DNA from: a virus | Length of the DNA stretch: 64,000 nucleotides | Direction: 5' to 3' (one strand) | Virus record (IMG/VR): IMGVR_UViG_3300021430_000595 | Shown: piece by piece, positions 1 through 8,402 of the stretch | How positions within the stretch are numbered: the first letter of the stretch is position 1 | Layout of the letters: every line of letters starts with the position of its first letter | Notes under the pieces: model-generated | Databases searched by the model: none | What the model was told of the DNA's origin: nothing | What the model saw: the letters and a program-made list of their open reading frames with translations, nothing else | Translations under genes and position numbers: made by a program

Positions 1-5
1 TAAAC

Positions 6-34
6 AAAAAAACCTCGGGAGGTTATCCCGAGGT
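6..34 (-). terminator. Intrinsic terminator after leader peptide (attenuator terminator)
   Basis: Minus strand reads ACCTCGGGA-TAACC-TCCCGAGGT (9-bp perfect stem) followed by a T tract. Confidence 0.85.
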
Positions 35-63
35 CTTCATGTATTTCGTTTCAATTAAAACAA

Positions 64-159
64 TTACACCATCCCTCGGGACACACGAATATCAGCCACC
101 TCTGCCCATTTCGAACAGGTTGTAAATGACATTGTGATAATATGTGTAAATCGTTTCAT
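64..159 (-). CDS. 31-aa putative leader peptide MKRFTHIITMSFTTCSKWAEVADIRVSRGMV
   Basis: ATG at 159, TAA at 64-66. AAGGAG lies 9 nt upstream, a promoter lies further upstream and a terminator lies 30 nt downstream. Too short for the ORF track. Confidence 0.6.
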   Translation of the reverse strand: MKRFTHIITMSFTTCSKWAEVADIRVSRGMV

Positions 160-189
160 TGAATTTTTCTCCTTTTTTTAAATCTTGTA

Positions 190-207
190 CAAAGGTAAAG
201 ATAAATA
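190..207 (-). promoter_or_regulatory. Bacteroidota-type -7 box (TACCTTTG, 190-197) plus TATTTAT motif (201-207)
   Basis: Matches the TAnnTTTG consensus, with TTTG further upstream, and points into the leader ORF. Confidence 0.6.
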
Positions 208-284
208 TTCGAAAAAACAAGAAAAGTCAAAAAAAAATTTAAAAAAAGTTTTTACCGTATATACAGTAATCATAGTTGCCGGGA

Positions 285-291
285 TATTTAT
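285..291 (+). promoter_or_regulatory. TATTTAT putative phage late promoter for the envelope cluster
   Basis: The same motif precedes most virion genes in the window. Confidence 0.5.
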
Positions 292-329
292 GTATAACCA
301 AATAACAAATTAAAACACAAATTACAACT

Positions 330-593
330 ATGAAAAACTTCTTTTCTAAACTTTTCAATGACAACAACACCATTAATGAGAAATCTGTTGTTGGATTCGG
401 AGCATTCGTAATGATGGTAATAACTCTTTTGGTAGACATCACCACTGGTGTTTTAGGAAGAGAAATGCCAATCCACGAGTTCGTTTTTGATGGATTCTTG
501 GTAATCACATTAGGTTCTTTCGGTATTGCATCGGTAGACAAATGGATTAACAATAAAAACAATAAAGGTGAAAATACCCCTTCTGAAGATTAA
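330..593 (+). CDS. Small two-TM membrane protein (holin-like topology, function unknown)
   Basis: Two hydrophobic segments and a charged C-terminus; 87 aa. Confidence 0.6.
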   Translation: MKNFFSKLFNDNNTINEKSVVGFGAFVMMVITLLVDITTGVLGREMPIHEFVFDGFLVITLGSFGIASVDKWINNKNNKGENTPSED

Positions 594-623
594 TTCAGTA
601 GGTTGTTTTAAATAGACATCAAA

Positions 624-1127
624 ATGAAATTCATCAAGAATATTATTCTGTGTGCCCTTATTTTATTACCGATACTATCTTTAAAAGCACAAAACAGTAA
701 AACAATTTTTATTGAGCCTGTAACCAACAATATCAAAGTTGGTGTTTTTGAAGGTAATAAGAATTTATCATTCGGTGTAAGAAATATCATAGAAGAAATC
801 ATAATCGAACAGGACACCTTCTCATTAGTTGGTGATAAATCTTCTGCGGTTTATAGATTACAAGTTGAACTAATCTTTTTTGATATTGTGACCACCAACT
901 CAGGTATAAGTATTTTCCATGAAGATAAAACAACGACAGTTATCAGAATGAAAGGTATACTCTATAAGGGTGATAAAAAAATAAAACAAGAATTTGCTGA
1001 AGGTAAATCAACTGAGATATCAACCTCTACATTAATAATAGATGAAGGTGGTAAATTTAATCAACAATCAGCTAGTTCAGCAATAAAAAAGACAACCCAA
1101 GCACTAATAACTAAATTAATACTATGA
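624..1127 (+). CDS. Secreted alpha/beta protein, possibly CsgG/TolB-N/LptE-like fold
   Basis: Signal peptide ending LKA|Q. Strand-helix-strands-helix pattern resembles the CsgG-like neighbour. Confidence 0.5.
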   Translation: MKFIKNIILCALILLPILSLKAQNSKTIFIEPVTNNIKVGVFEGNKNLSFGVRNIIEEIIIEQDTFSLVGDKSSAVYRLQVELIFFDIVTTNSGISIFHEDKTTTVIRMKGILYKGDKKIKQEFAEGKSTEISTSTLIIDEGGKFNQQSASSAIKKTTQALITKLIL

Positions 1128-3031
1128 AAAAACTAATCCTACTTATCTTAGGGATTGTACTCACAATCTCAGGTTACTCACAAGAAATCGGTAACTATCA
1201 AAATTTTACTACCATAAAGAGAAATGACACAATTGATGTTATTTTTCAGTATAAACCTGATACCACTAAAGATATTAGGTCATTTCAAATTGATTTTCAA
1301 TTTAAAAAACAATTATTTACTCACTTTTCAACCACAGTCGATAGTGACGTTAGTACAATGACTCCAGCAATTTCATACAATCAATATGAAAATTACAAAT
1401 TTGGTTCATATGATACTTTAACTGCTAAATACAATTATGTCTTAGATAGTAATTGGACAGTTGCTAGAAACTATTTGGTTTTATCTAGTGGTAGTCAGAT
1501 AAAAAGTGACATATACATCATACACAATAAATTCATCATAAACAATGTTGGTTCAAACTTCGTTGAGGATAGTGTTCATGTGAATTGGGCTAGAATGTTT
1601 AAAAAAGATGGTGTGACTATCGGAGATAACATTGCAGTACTAACTCATCAAAAAATGGATTTAGAATTAATGGGTAACTTGGTGATTAGTGGTAACGTGG
1701 AATTACCTCCAACCATGAAACTTGATGGTAGAAGACCTACCGTTATTTGTACAAAATACAACACCGGTGAGTTTGTTTCAGAATCATTATGTGACACCAC
1801 AGGATTTTATAGTTTAAATAACGTAGATAAAAATACAAAATATAAGTTACTTTTAAGATTCCCTACCGACAGTATGGAAATGTTTAGAGATTACGCGGTA
1901 ACAATTTCAGATGCGGTTAAAACTTACGATGAGTTTTCATTAACAGATGTGAATCAAAATTTCCAACACCAACATTTAAAATTTGGTTTATCTCACTTAA
2001 TTGCTGATATGAATCAAAACGGTAAACTTGACGGTGGTGACCCTTATTTAATTTATGCAAATGTTAGTGGTCTTAAAAAAATAGACACCACAACCATGAT
2101 AAGGGTATTCCATGCAAGTGTTTATGATTCATTAGTGTTAGGTATAAACCAATGGAATGATTGGCCTAATCACATATCTGCAACGAATTTCATAACTGAT
2201 AGTGTTGGGACAACTAACTTAACTGTTGATATAAAATACTTTATTCAGGGTGATGTTGATAGAACATATTCATCTAGAGTTTGGAATAGTTCGGGTATAT
2301 TAGTTGCTAAAGCGGTGTTTAGAGGTAAGTTAGATATTGACATACCAAATACAGTTGCAACAGGAAAACAACCGGTTTATGTACCTTTTAATATAAACAC
2401 AAATGGTGATATGAATTATGGCTTACAATTTGAAATGAAGTACGAAAAAGACAAAGTTAGATTTGATGAAATAATTTCTAATTTCAATGGTGGTCCTTGG
2501 TTACAATATGTGACTCACGATGAGGTGTCAGGAACAATTAGATTTGGTGGAATGAATAACCAATTCAAAAATGGTTTAATTGGTCAATCAACGCCATTTA
2601 AGGTTAAATTTTCACCGATTGGAAATAATGATGTTGTTTCAAACATCTACATAAGACAATTAATGGATGCTTCCGATGAAAATGGTGACCATTTAAATAT
2701 AAATCTAACAACTCAAATGGCGGTTATGTTATTTAAAAGAGGATTACCGTCGGTAGATGAATATCAAGAAGTGACCGCAATGATTAGACCAAACCCAACA
2801 ACGGGATGGTTTGAATTAGAAGTTAAATTCCCTGAACCTAATATGAAAATGATGGCAACCATCTATGATGTGAATGGTAGGTTAATTCAAAATTTAGGTG
2901 AGGTATCACCAAATTATGCCGAAAGAATCGCATATAAACAAATTGATATGACATCATCCACAAATGGGAATTATTATTTGATTCTAAATAATTATAATAA
3001 ACAATTAACCAAACAATTCATAAAAATTTAA
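1124..3031 (+). CDS. T9SS-secreted protein with cohesin-like and dockerin-like modules and a C-terminal sorting domain
   Basis: Signal peptide GYS|Q; EF-hand-like ADMNQNGKLDGGD; cohesin-like GLQFEMKYEKDKVRFDEI; CTD IRPNPTTG...IYDVNGRLI...GNYYLIL...KQFIKI. Confidence 0.8.
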   Translation: MKKLILLILGIVLTISGYSQEIGNYQNFTTIKRNDTIDVIFQYKPDTTKDIRSFQIDFQFKKQLFTHFSTTVDSDVSTMTPAISYNQYENYKFGSYDTLTAKYNYVLDSNWTVARNYLVLSSGSQIKSDIYIIHNKFIINNVGSNFVEDSVHVNWARMFKKDGVTIGDNIAVLTHQKMDLELMGNLVISGNVELPPTMKLDGRRPTVICTKYNTGEFVSESLCDTTGFYSLNNVDKNTKYKLLLRFPTDSMEMFRDYAVTISDAVKTYDEFSLTDVNQNFQHQHLKFGLSHLIADMNQNGKLDGGDPYLIYANVSGLKKIDTTTMIRVFHASVYDSLVLGINQWNDWPNHISATNFITDSVGTTNLTVDIKYFIQGDVDRTYSSRVWNSSGILVAKAVFRGKLDIDIPNTVATGKQPVYVPFNINTNGDMNYGLQFEMKYEKDKVRFDEIISNFNGGPWLQYVTHDEVSGTIRFGGMNNQFKNGLIGQSTPFKVKFSPIGNNDVVSNIYIRQLMDASDENGDHLNINLTTQMAVMLFKRGLPSVDEYQEVTAMIRPNPTTGWFELEVKFPEPNMKMMATIYDVNGRLIQNLGEVSPNYAERIAYKQIDMTSSTNGNYYLILNNYNKQLTKQFIKI

Positions 3032-3035
3032 AACT

Positions 3036-3377
3036 ATGAGCGAAGAAACAAACGTACCAGAATCTGACGGAACTTGGTCAGGACTAAAAAAGACATTAAT
3101 CGGAACTATCTCCACAATAATTTTAGCTGGAGGTGGATGGTTAACAACAACATTATTTAATGGTGGTGCTGAAGAAAAAGAACCCGCACCGGTTCAACAA
3201 ACCGCACCTATTATTAATTTAAATGTTGATAATTCATCTCAAAATAACTCATCAAATAATGGTGGAGGAACAACAGTTATTAAAGAAAGAATTATTGAGA
3301 AACCAAATAAACAAGAACAACCTTCTAAACCTAAAAAAGAGGGTGATGAATTTAAAGAAAAAGAACCACAATGGTAA
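3036..3377 (+). CDS. Single-TM membrane protein with low-complexity tail
   Basis: Hydrophobic LIGTISTIILAGGGWL, then N/S/P/K-rich tail. Confidence 0.6.
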   Translation: MSEETNVPESDGTWSGLKKTLIGTISTIILAGGGWLTTTLFNGGAEEKEPAPVQQTAPIINLNVDNSSQNNSSNNGGGTTVIKERIIEKPNKQEQPSKPKKEGDEFKEKEPQW

Positions 3378-3910
3378 ATAATAATCAACCTTCAGGATTT
3401 AAAGACCTTCTTAATTCTATGATGAAAAGAAGGTGGTTTATCACCGCAATAGTTTTGGGTGGTTTCATGTTAATAATGGGGGGTATTTTTCTTGCGATTT
3501 TTGAGAGTAGTGAAATTAGTGGTGAATGGAAAGAATTATTACTTCTCCTTTTAGGTGCATTTATTGGTTCATATGGTAAAATAATCGATTACTGGTTTAG
3601 TGATACCGATAAAGATAAAATGTTAGTTCAAAAAATGGATGAAGAGGATGGTGTTTCTTTATCTAACACTTCAGAAATGCCCGTTTCTGCACCAAAACCA
3701 ACATCAACACAAATAACGGATTCGGTTACACAAAAAAGAGTTGAAATTGATGAAGATGGTGATGGTATTATGGATGGTTACGATAATGATGGTGATGGAA
3801 TAATAGATGAATATTTTGAACATCGTCAATGTGAACACATTTGGGGTGATAACGATGGTGATGGTGAGATTGAGTGTTTAAAATGTGGTAAAATACAAGA
3901 CTCTGAATAA
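3371..3910 (+). CDS. Two-TM membrane protein with DxDGDG Ca-binding repeats and C-terminal CxH...CxxC
   Basis: DEDGDG, DNDGDG and DNDGDG; CEH...CLKC. Confidence 0.7.
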   Translation: MVNNNQPSGFKDLLNSMMKRRWFITAIVLGGFMLIMGGIFLAIFESSEISGEWKELLLLLLGAFIGSYGKIIDYWFSDTDKDKMLVQKMDEEDGVSLSNTSEMPVSAPKPTSTQITDSVTQKRVEIDEDGDGIMDGYDNDGDGIIDEYFEHRQCEHIWGDNDGDGEIECLKCGKIQDSE

Positions 3911-3911
3911 T

Positions 3912-4670
3912 ATGGAAAAGACAATCATTAAAAGAGTATTATCACCAATATTGTTGGTAATACTTTGGTTTGTATTGATGTTCTTGTTTGCGAGTACTGC
4001 AACTGCTCAGGTTGTTGGTAAAACACAAACTGAACAATATAAAGCATCATTTGAGACAAGTGTAAACATTGATTCGTTAATGGATTATGAGGGCCCCCAA
4101 ATACCAATACAAATATTAAAAATTGGTATTAGTGATGAAGTTTATGAACAATATCCTGAACTTAAAGAAAAGAAAGTTGGATTGGGTGTTGCAAATATCG
4201 TTCTTGAATACTTGGAGAATCTAAATAGATTTACTTTTACTGAAGACAAAACTGAGATAAAAAATAGAATGGTTAAACAATACCAAGCATCTCAAGCCGG
4301 TATTAGTTACGATACCCTAAATGGTAGAGGTAAGATTAGATTGGCACATTATTTTGTTACAATTGAAGTGTACGATTTCTCAATAAGTGAAGATGAAACA
4401 ATTAACCTATCTGATGGTGTTAAAAATAAAATGGTAACAAGATTAGGTTTACAGGTTAGGTTCACGGACGCAGAAACAGGTCAAATAATTGCTGCTAGTG
4501 GTTTGGGTGAAGCCGTAACAATTAGAGAATTAACGTTACTTAACGATGATAATTTAAGTGAAGTTAAGTTTAATCAGTCAACCATAGGTATTAGTACCAA
4601 GAAAGCATTAGATATTGCATGTTCTAGAATTCTATTAAGAATGATTAAAAAGGGTGTATTCACCAAATAA
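3912..4670 (+). CDS. csgG: CsgG-family (curli assembly/transport-like) outer-membrane protein
   Basis: Signal peptide ATA|Q; LENLNRF..ED; LGLQVRFTDAETGQIIAASGLGEA fits the CsgG-family pattern. Likely start is ATG 3912. Confidence 0.7.
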   Translation: MEKTIIKRVLSPILLVILWFVLMFLFASTATAQVVGKTQTEQYKASFETSVNIDSLMDYEGPQIPIQILKIGISDEVYEQYPELKEKKVGLGVANIVLEYLENLNRFTFTEDKTEIKNRMVKQYQASQAGISYDTLNGRGKIRLAHYFVTIEVYDFSISEDETINLSDGVKNKMVTRLGLQVRFTDAETGQIIAASGLGEAVTIRELTLLNDDNLSEVKFNQSTIGISTKKALDIACSRILLRMIKKGVFTK

Positions 4671-4694
4671 TGAATATGTCTTTAAAAAAAATAT

Positions 4695-4718
4695 AAAAGG
4701 GGGATTTTCCCCCTTTTT
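4695..4718 (+). terminator. Intrinsic terminator within the envelope cluster
   Basis: AAAAGGGGGA-TTT-TCCCCCTTTTT. Confidence 0.75.
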
Positions 4719-4728
4719 AATGTTGTAA

Positions 4729-6237
4729 ATGAAGAACTTAAATTTTAAAAAGATTTTTTTAGTGTTTTTTATTACAATTTTTTGTAATATTGGATTCGCA
4801 CAAGTATCAACGTACACATTTATTGACCCTTGCACAAAAGAGGTGACAAATTTTAGTGTACCATTACAAGGTGGGAAGACGATGATTATATTCTTAAATA
4901 AGATTGGTTATTTTGATGCCAACGATTTATCCAATGGTAGTTTTACTAATTGGGTGAATCAAGTTTATACTGTTTATAGACAAACAAATCCTTGTTCACA
5001 GCAACAAGGTCAAGTAACACAGAATCAAATAACGACTCAAATAATAAGTGGTACAATACAATCATTGGTTGGTTCCATTCTTGCAAATAACCAAGTACAA
5101 TCATCAAATACTGAAAGTGGTTCGGTAAATGCTGGTGGTAATGATGCTGGTGACAAAGACAATAAAAATTCGGATAAGAAAAAAAATAAATCTAAGTCAG
5201 ATGGAAATAACAATTCTTCAGGAGGTGTCACAAATGGTTCTACGAATCAAAATGGAGGACAACCCCAATCAAATTCAGGGACTACTAATCAAAATGGAGG
5301 AAGTGGTGACCAACAAGGAAGTGGAACTCCAACAAACAATACAACGACTCCAAGCACAGGTAACTCAACTACAGGGGGAGGTTCAACGACTCAGCCACCT
5401 GTAAATTCAAATACCAATACCTCAACAAATACTAATACCAATACTTCTACAACAAATGGTGGTGGTAAAACTGATGAAAAACCACCACAAAATAAAACAG
5501 AGGAGGTTGGTACGTCATTAACAATGAATGTTGATGCACACAATGATAATGGGGGTGGTAGTAATAGTGGGGGTAAAGGTAATGGTAGAGCAAATCCGGT
5601 TATTATATCTTCAGATATAACATCAGCACAAAACTTAGATAAAACATTTACTCCGATTATTAATATTGGAACTAGTAAATCATCAATGACAGGTTTATCA
5701 AGTTTTGGTGTGACGGGCATGGTATGGTTAAATTTTAATCAGTTTGCAGTTTCAGGTAGATACACTAAAATTCATTATAATAAATCTAAAAAATTAAAAT
5801 TTATCCATAATTTAAACTTAACGGGAGTTTATACTTATGGAAATTATTTAGGGTTTATTGGTTATAGTGGTATAATAAATGGTGGAAAATATGGTATAAC
5901 AGGTTTTAATGTTAGTGCAGCAGCAACTGTGATTTCAATGGAAAAAAGTGGTTATTATTCACCATCAATAACCGCATTTTATACAAGACCATTTAAGATT
6001 GGTAAAAAATTAATTGTGTCTCCTGAATTATATGTAATTTCAACACCATTAGTTTACTCAACAAAAGAAAAAGTCTCAATAACAGATAGATATATAAGTG
6101 GTTTTGTTGGAAGTGGATTTGATTATCAAATTTCAAAAAGATTCAAAGTGAATGTGAATTATAAAGCAAATTTGAGTACTAATCCCGATTTTCCGGTATT
6201 ATCATTTTTCTTGATTGGAAGTAAGGTTAATTTATGA
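4729..6237 (+). CDS. Secreted protein with G/N/S/T-rich linker and C-terminal outer-membrane beta-barrel
   Basis: Signal peptide GFA|Q; long low-complexity linker; amphipathic strands ending FFLIGSKVNL. Confidence 0.7.
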   Translation: MKNLNFKKIFLVFFITIFCNIGFAQVSTYTFIDPCTKEVTNFSVPLQGGKTMIIFLNKIGYFDANDLSNGSFTNWVNQVYTVYRQTNPCSQQQGQVTQNQITTQIISGTIQSLVGSILANNQVQSSNTESGSVNAGGNDAGDKDNKNSDKKKNKSKSDGNNNSSGGVTNGSTNQNGGQPQSNSGTTNQNGGSGDQQGSGTPTNNTTTPSTGNSTTGGGSTTQPPVNSNTNTSTNTNTNTSTTNGGGKTDEKPPQNKTEEVGTSLTMNVDAHNDNGGGSNSGGKGNGRANPVIISSDITSAQNLDKTFTPIINIGTSKSSMTGLSSFGVTGMVWLNFNQFAVSGRYTKIHYNKSKKLKFIHNLNLTGVYTYGNYLGFIGYSGIINGGKYGITGFNVSAAATVISMEKSGYYSPSITAFYTRPFKIGKKLIVSPELYVISTPLVYSTKEKVSITDRYISGFVGSGFDYQISKRFKVNVNYKANLSTNPDFPVLSFFLIGSKVNL

Positions 6238-7988
6238 GAAAGTTATTTTTGATTTTAATTTTATTAATACCATTGATTGGTTTTTCACAATCGGTAAATT
6301 CACCGTCAGCATCTTCGTATGTACAGAATACAAGTAATCAATCCGCTAGTGGATTTTCTCTTTCAAGTTTTAATTCAAGTGCAACATTATTAGTTACAAT
6401 AGGTTTAGTAAATCCACCACCATCTGTTACGTTGTCTTTAACAACAACAAGTGGTTTGAGTTTAAGTACAGGTTATTCATCGTGGTCTAATTTTAAAAGA
6501 ATTAGTTTTACAGGTACGCAGACAAATATCAATAATGCATTATCTTCATTAAAAATAAATACGGGTTCATCGCCGGGTAATGTTTATATCGCGGTAACCG
6601 CAACAGAAAACCCTTCGGGATATTATTATCTTCCTTCAAACGGTCACTTTTATAGACCTATGAATTGGCCAACAGGTGCTAGTTATACGGGTACAAGTCC
6701 TTCGGTTTATACGAATATTTTGAGTTTAGCATCCTCACAATCATTTAAAGGTCAAACAGGTTATTTAGTAACTGTTACATCACAAGATGAACAAGATTTC
6801 GTTCAAGCGAATGTACCGGGTAGTAATATTTTAATTGCACTCTCAGATAGATTGCAAGAAGGTGTGTGGAAATGGGATGCCGGTCCTGAAAGTGGTACAA
6901 CAATAAAAACGTCTAATTCGGGTGGTAATGTATCGGGACAATATAATAATTGGTGCGGTGGCGAACCAAACAACTGGGGTTCAGGTGAAAATTATACAGT
7001 TACTAAATGGGGTGGTGGTAATTGTTGGAATGACTTTGGTCCACCCGCATCTTCATTTCCGGGTTCTGTTAGTGGTTATGTTATTGAATATGGTACATGG
7101 AGTGACCCATCTAATCAAACATTTACAGATTTTTATACGGGATTCGTTACCCACCAAATTACATGTACACCAACACAAACACCAAATTCCCCAACCGCAA
7201 TAAATGGTTCAAGAATGGGGACAGGTACAGTAACAATATCGGCAACTGTGGGTACAGGTCAAACTGTTGATTGGTATTCAAATTCAACAGGTGGTAATCC
7301 AATAGCGACTAATACAACATCATACACAACACCATCAATATCCACAACAACAAAGTACTACGCACAAGCAAGAAATATGACAACAGGTTGTTTAAGTAAC
7401 TCAAGAACCGAAGTTACAGCAACAGTTATGATAAATGAGAAAATAAGTGGAACAATAAAGATTCCTTCGGGTCTAACAAATAGACCTAAATTAAATCTTT
7501 ATATTGTTGAAGGTGGTGTTGAGACTTTAATCGAAACCGTTGTGGTAAATTCCGATGGTTCATTTATTTTAAATCCAACTAAACACAATTCAACCTATAA
7601 AATTGTGCCTGAATTTACAACATATACCTTAACATCATCTGATTTTGATAGTGTGTTTTTGGAATCACAAAATGAAAACACACCAAATAACATGCCGGTT
7701 GGTCAAGTATTAAATACAGGTTTAAAATTAAGAGCTGGTGATATTAATGAAGATGGTAAAATAACCATATCCGACGCTTTTCTTATTGGTGCAAACATAA
7801 CAGGTATGTTACCATTTAAAGAGATATTGTGGTTCAAATCTTCGGATTATGACTCTATAACCAAAAGTAACTTTAATACGGTAGTATCCTATGATTATTT
7901 TACCGTGAATTTAATCACATCATCAATCACCTTGAATATAAAATACCTAATTAAAGGTGATAGTGATTTGTCTTCTTCATCTAATTAA
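6234..7988 (+). CDS. Secreted adhesin-like protein: C-type lectin, Ig-like domain and dockerin-like module
   Basis: Signal peptide GFS|Q; GYLVTVTSQDEQDF...EGVWKW...WCGGEPNN...WND; Ig-like DWYSNSTGG...TTKYYAQA; AGDINEDGKITISDA. Confidence 0.8.
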   Translation: MRKLFLILILLIPLIGFSQSVNSPSASSYVQNTSNQSASGFSLSSFNSSATLLVTIGLVNPPPSVTLSLTTTSGLSLSTGYSSWSNFKRISFTGTQTNINNALSSLKINTGSSPGNVYIAVTATENPSGYYYLPSNGHFYRPMNWPTGASYTGTSPSVYTNILSLASSQSFKGQTGYLVTVTSQDEQDFVQANVPGSNILIALSDRLQEGVWKWDAGPESGTTIKTSNSGGNVSGQYNNWCGGEPNNWGSGENYTVTKWGGGNCWNDFGPPASSFPGSVSGYVIEYGTWSDPSNQTFTDFYTGFVTHQITCTPTQTPNSPTAINGSRMGTGTVTISATVGTGQTVDWYSNSTGGNPIATNTTSYTTPSISTTTKYYAQARNMTTGCLSNSRTEVTATVMINEKISGTIKIPSGLTNRPKLNLYIVEGGVETLIETVVVNSDGSFILNPTKHNSTYKIVPEFTTYTLTSSDFDSVFLESQNENTPNNMPVGQVLNTGLKLRAGDINEDGKITISDAFLIGANITGMLPFKEILWFKSSDYDSITKSNFNTVVSYDYFTVNLITSSITLNIKYLIKGDSDLSSSSN

Positions 7989-8328
7989 CTTGTACTAACT
8001 GAATTTTGTTGTACAATTCAGTAATTTCGGAACAAAACTCATACTCTTCAGATTCTTCAAAAAATGGTAAAATATCTCTAACCAACACAATTGATTCCTT
8101 TCTAGTAAATTTTAGTTCAGTTTCCCATTGTAATCTGTTTATTTTTGCTGAAAGAATTAATACTAAATTTTGTTTATCTTTTCTTTTAAGACTATTAAAA
8201 AGACTAACGATTGTTTTGTAAATTACTTCTTTATTGGATGAGTAAAAAGATGAAAAATCTTTATATTGTTCTTTGATTGTTAGTTTTTTAACTACAGTAT
8301 CTTTTGGTTTTTTGTTTTGGTCACTCAT
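7981..8328 (-). CDS. Hypothetical protein
   Basis: 115-aa ORF; C-terminal EESEEYEFCSEI helix. Confidence 0.55.
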   Translation of the reverse strand: MSDQNKKPKDTVVKKLTIKEQYKDFSSFYSSNKEVIYKTIVSLFNSLKRKDKQNLVLILSAKINRLQWETELKFTRKESIVLVRDILPFFEESEEYEFCSEITELYNKIQLVQVN

Positions 8329-8402
8329 TTAATTTGACTGTTTTTTTGATTTATACAAACATAATAAAAATAATGGAAGATAACAAATACCTTCCATTAA
8401 CT

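Noticed and set aside
330-593. Holin/lysis cassette
   Set aside because: The topology fits, but there is no adjacent endolysin or spanin, so it is left as an unknown membrane protein
5095-5590. Curlin (CsgA/B) repeats in the G/N/S/T/Q-rich region next to csgG-like
   Set aside because: No periodic Q-x-G-x-x-N-x-A-x-x-x-Q pattern; it looks like a disordered linker
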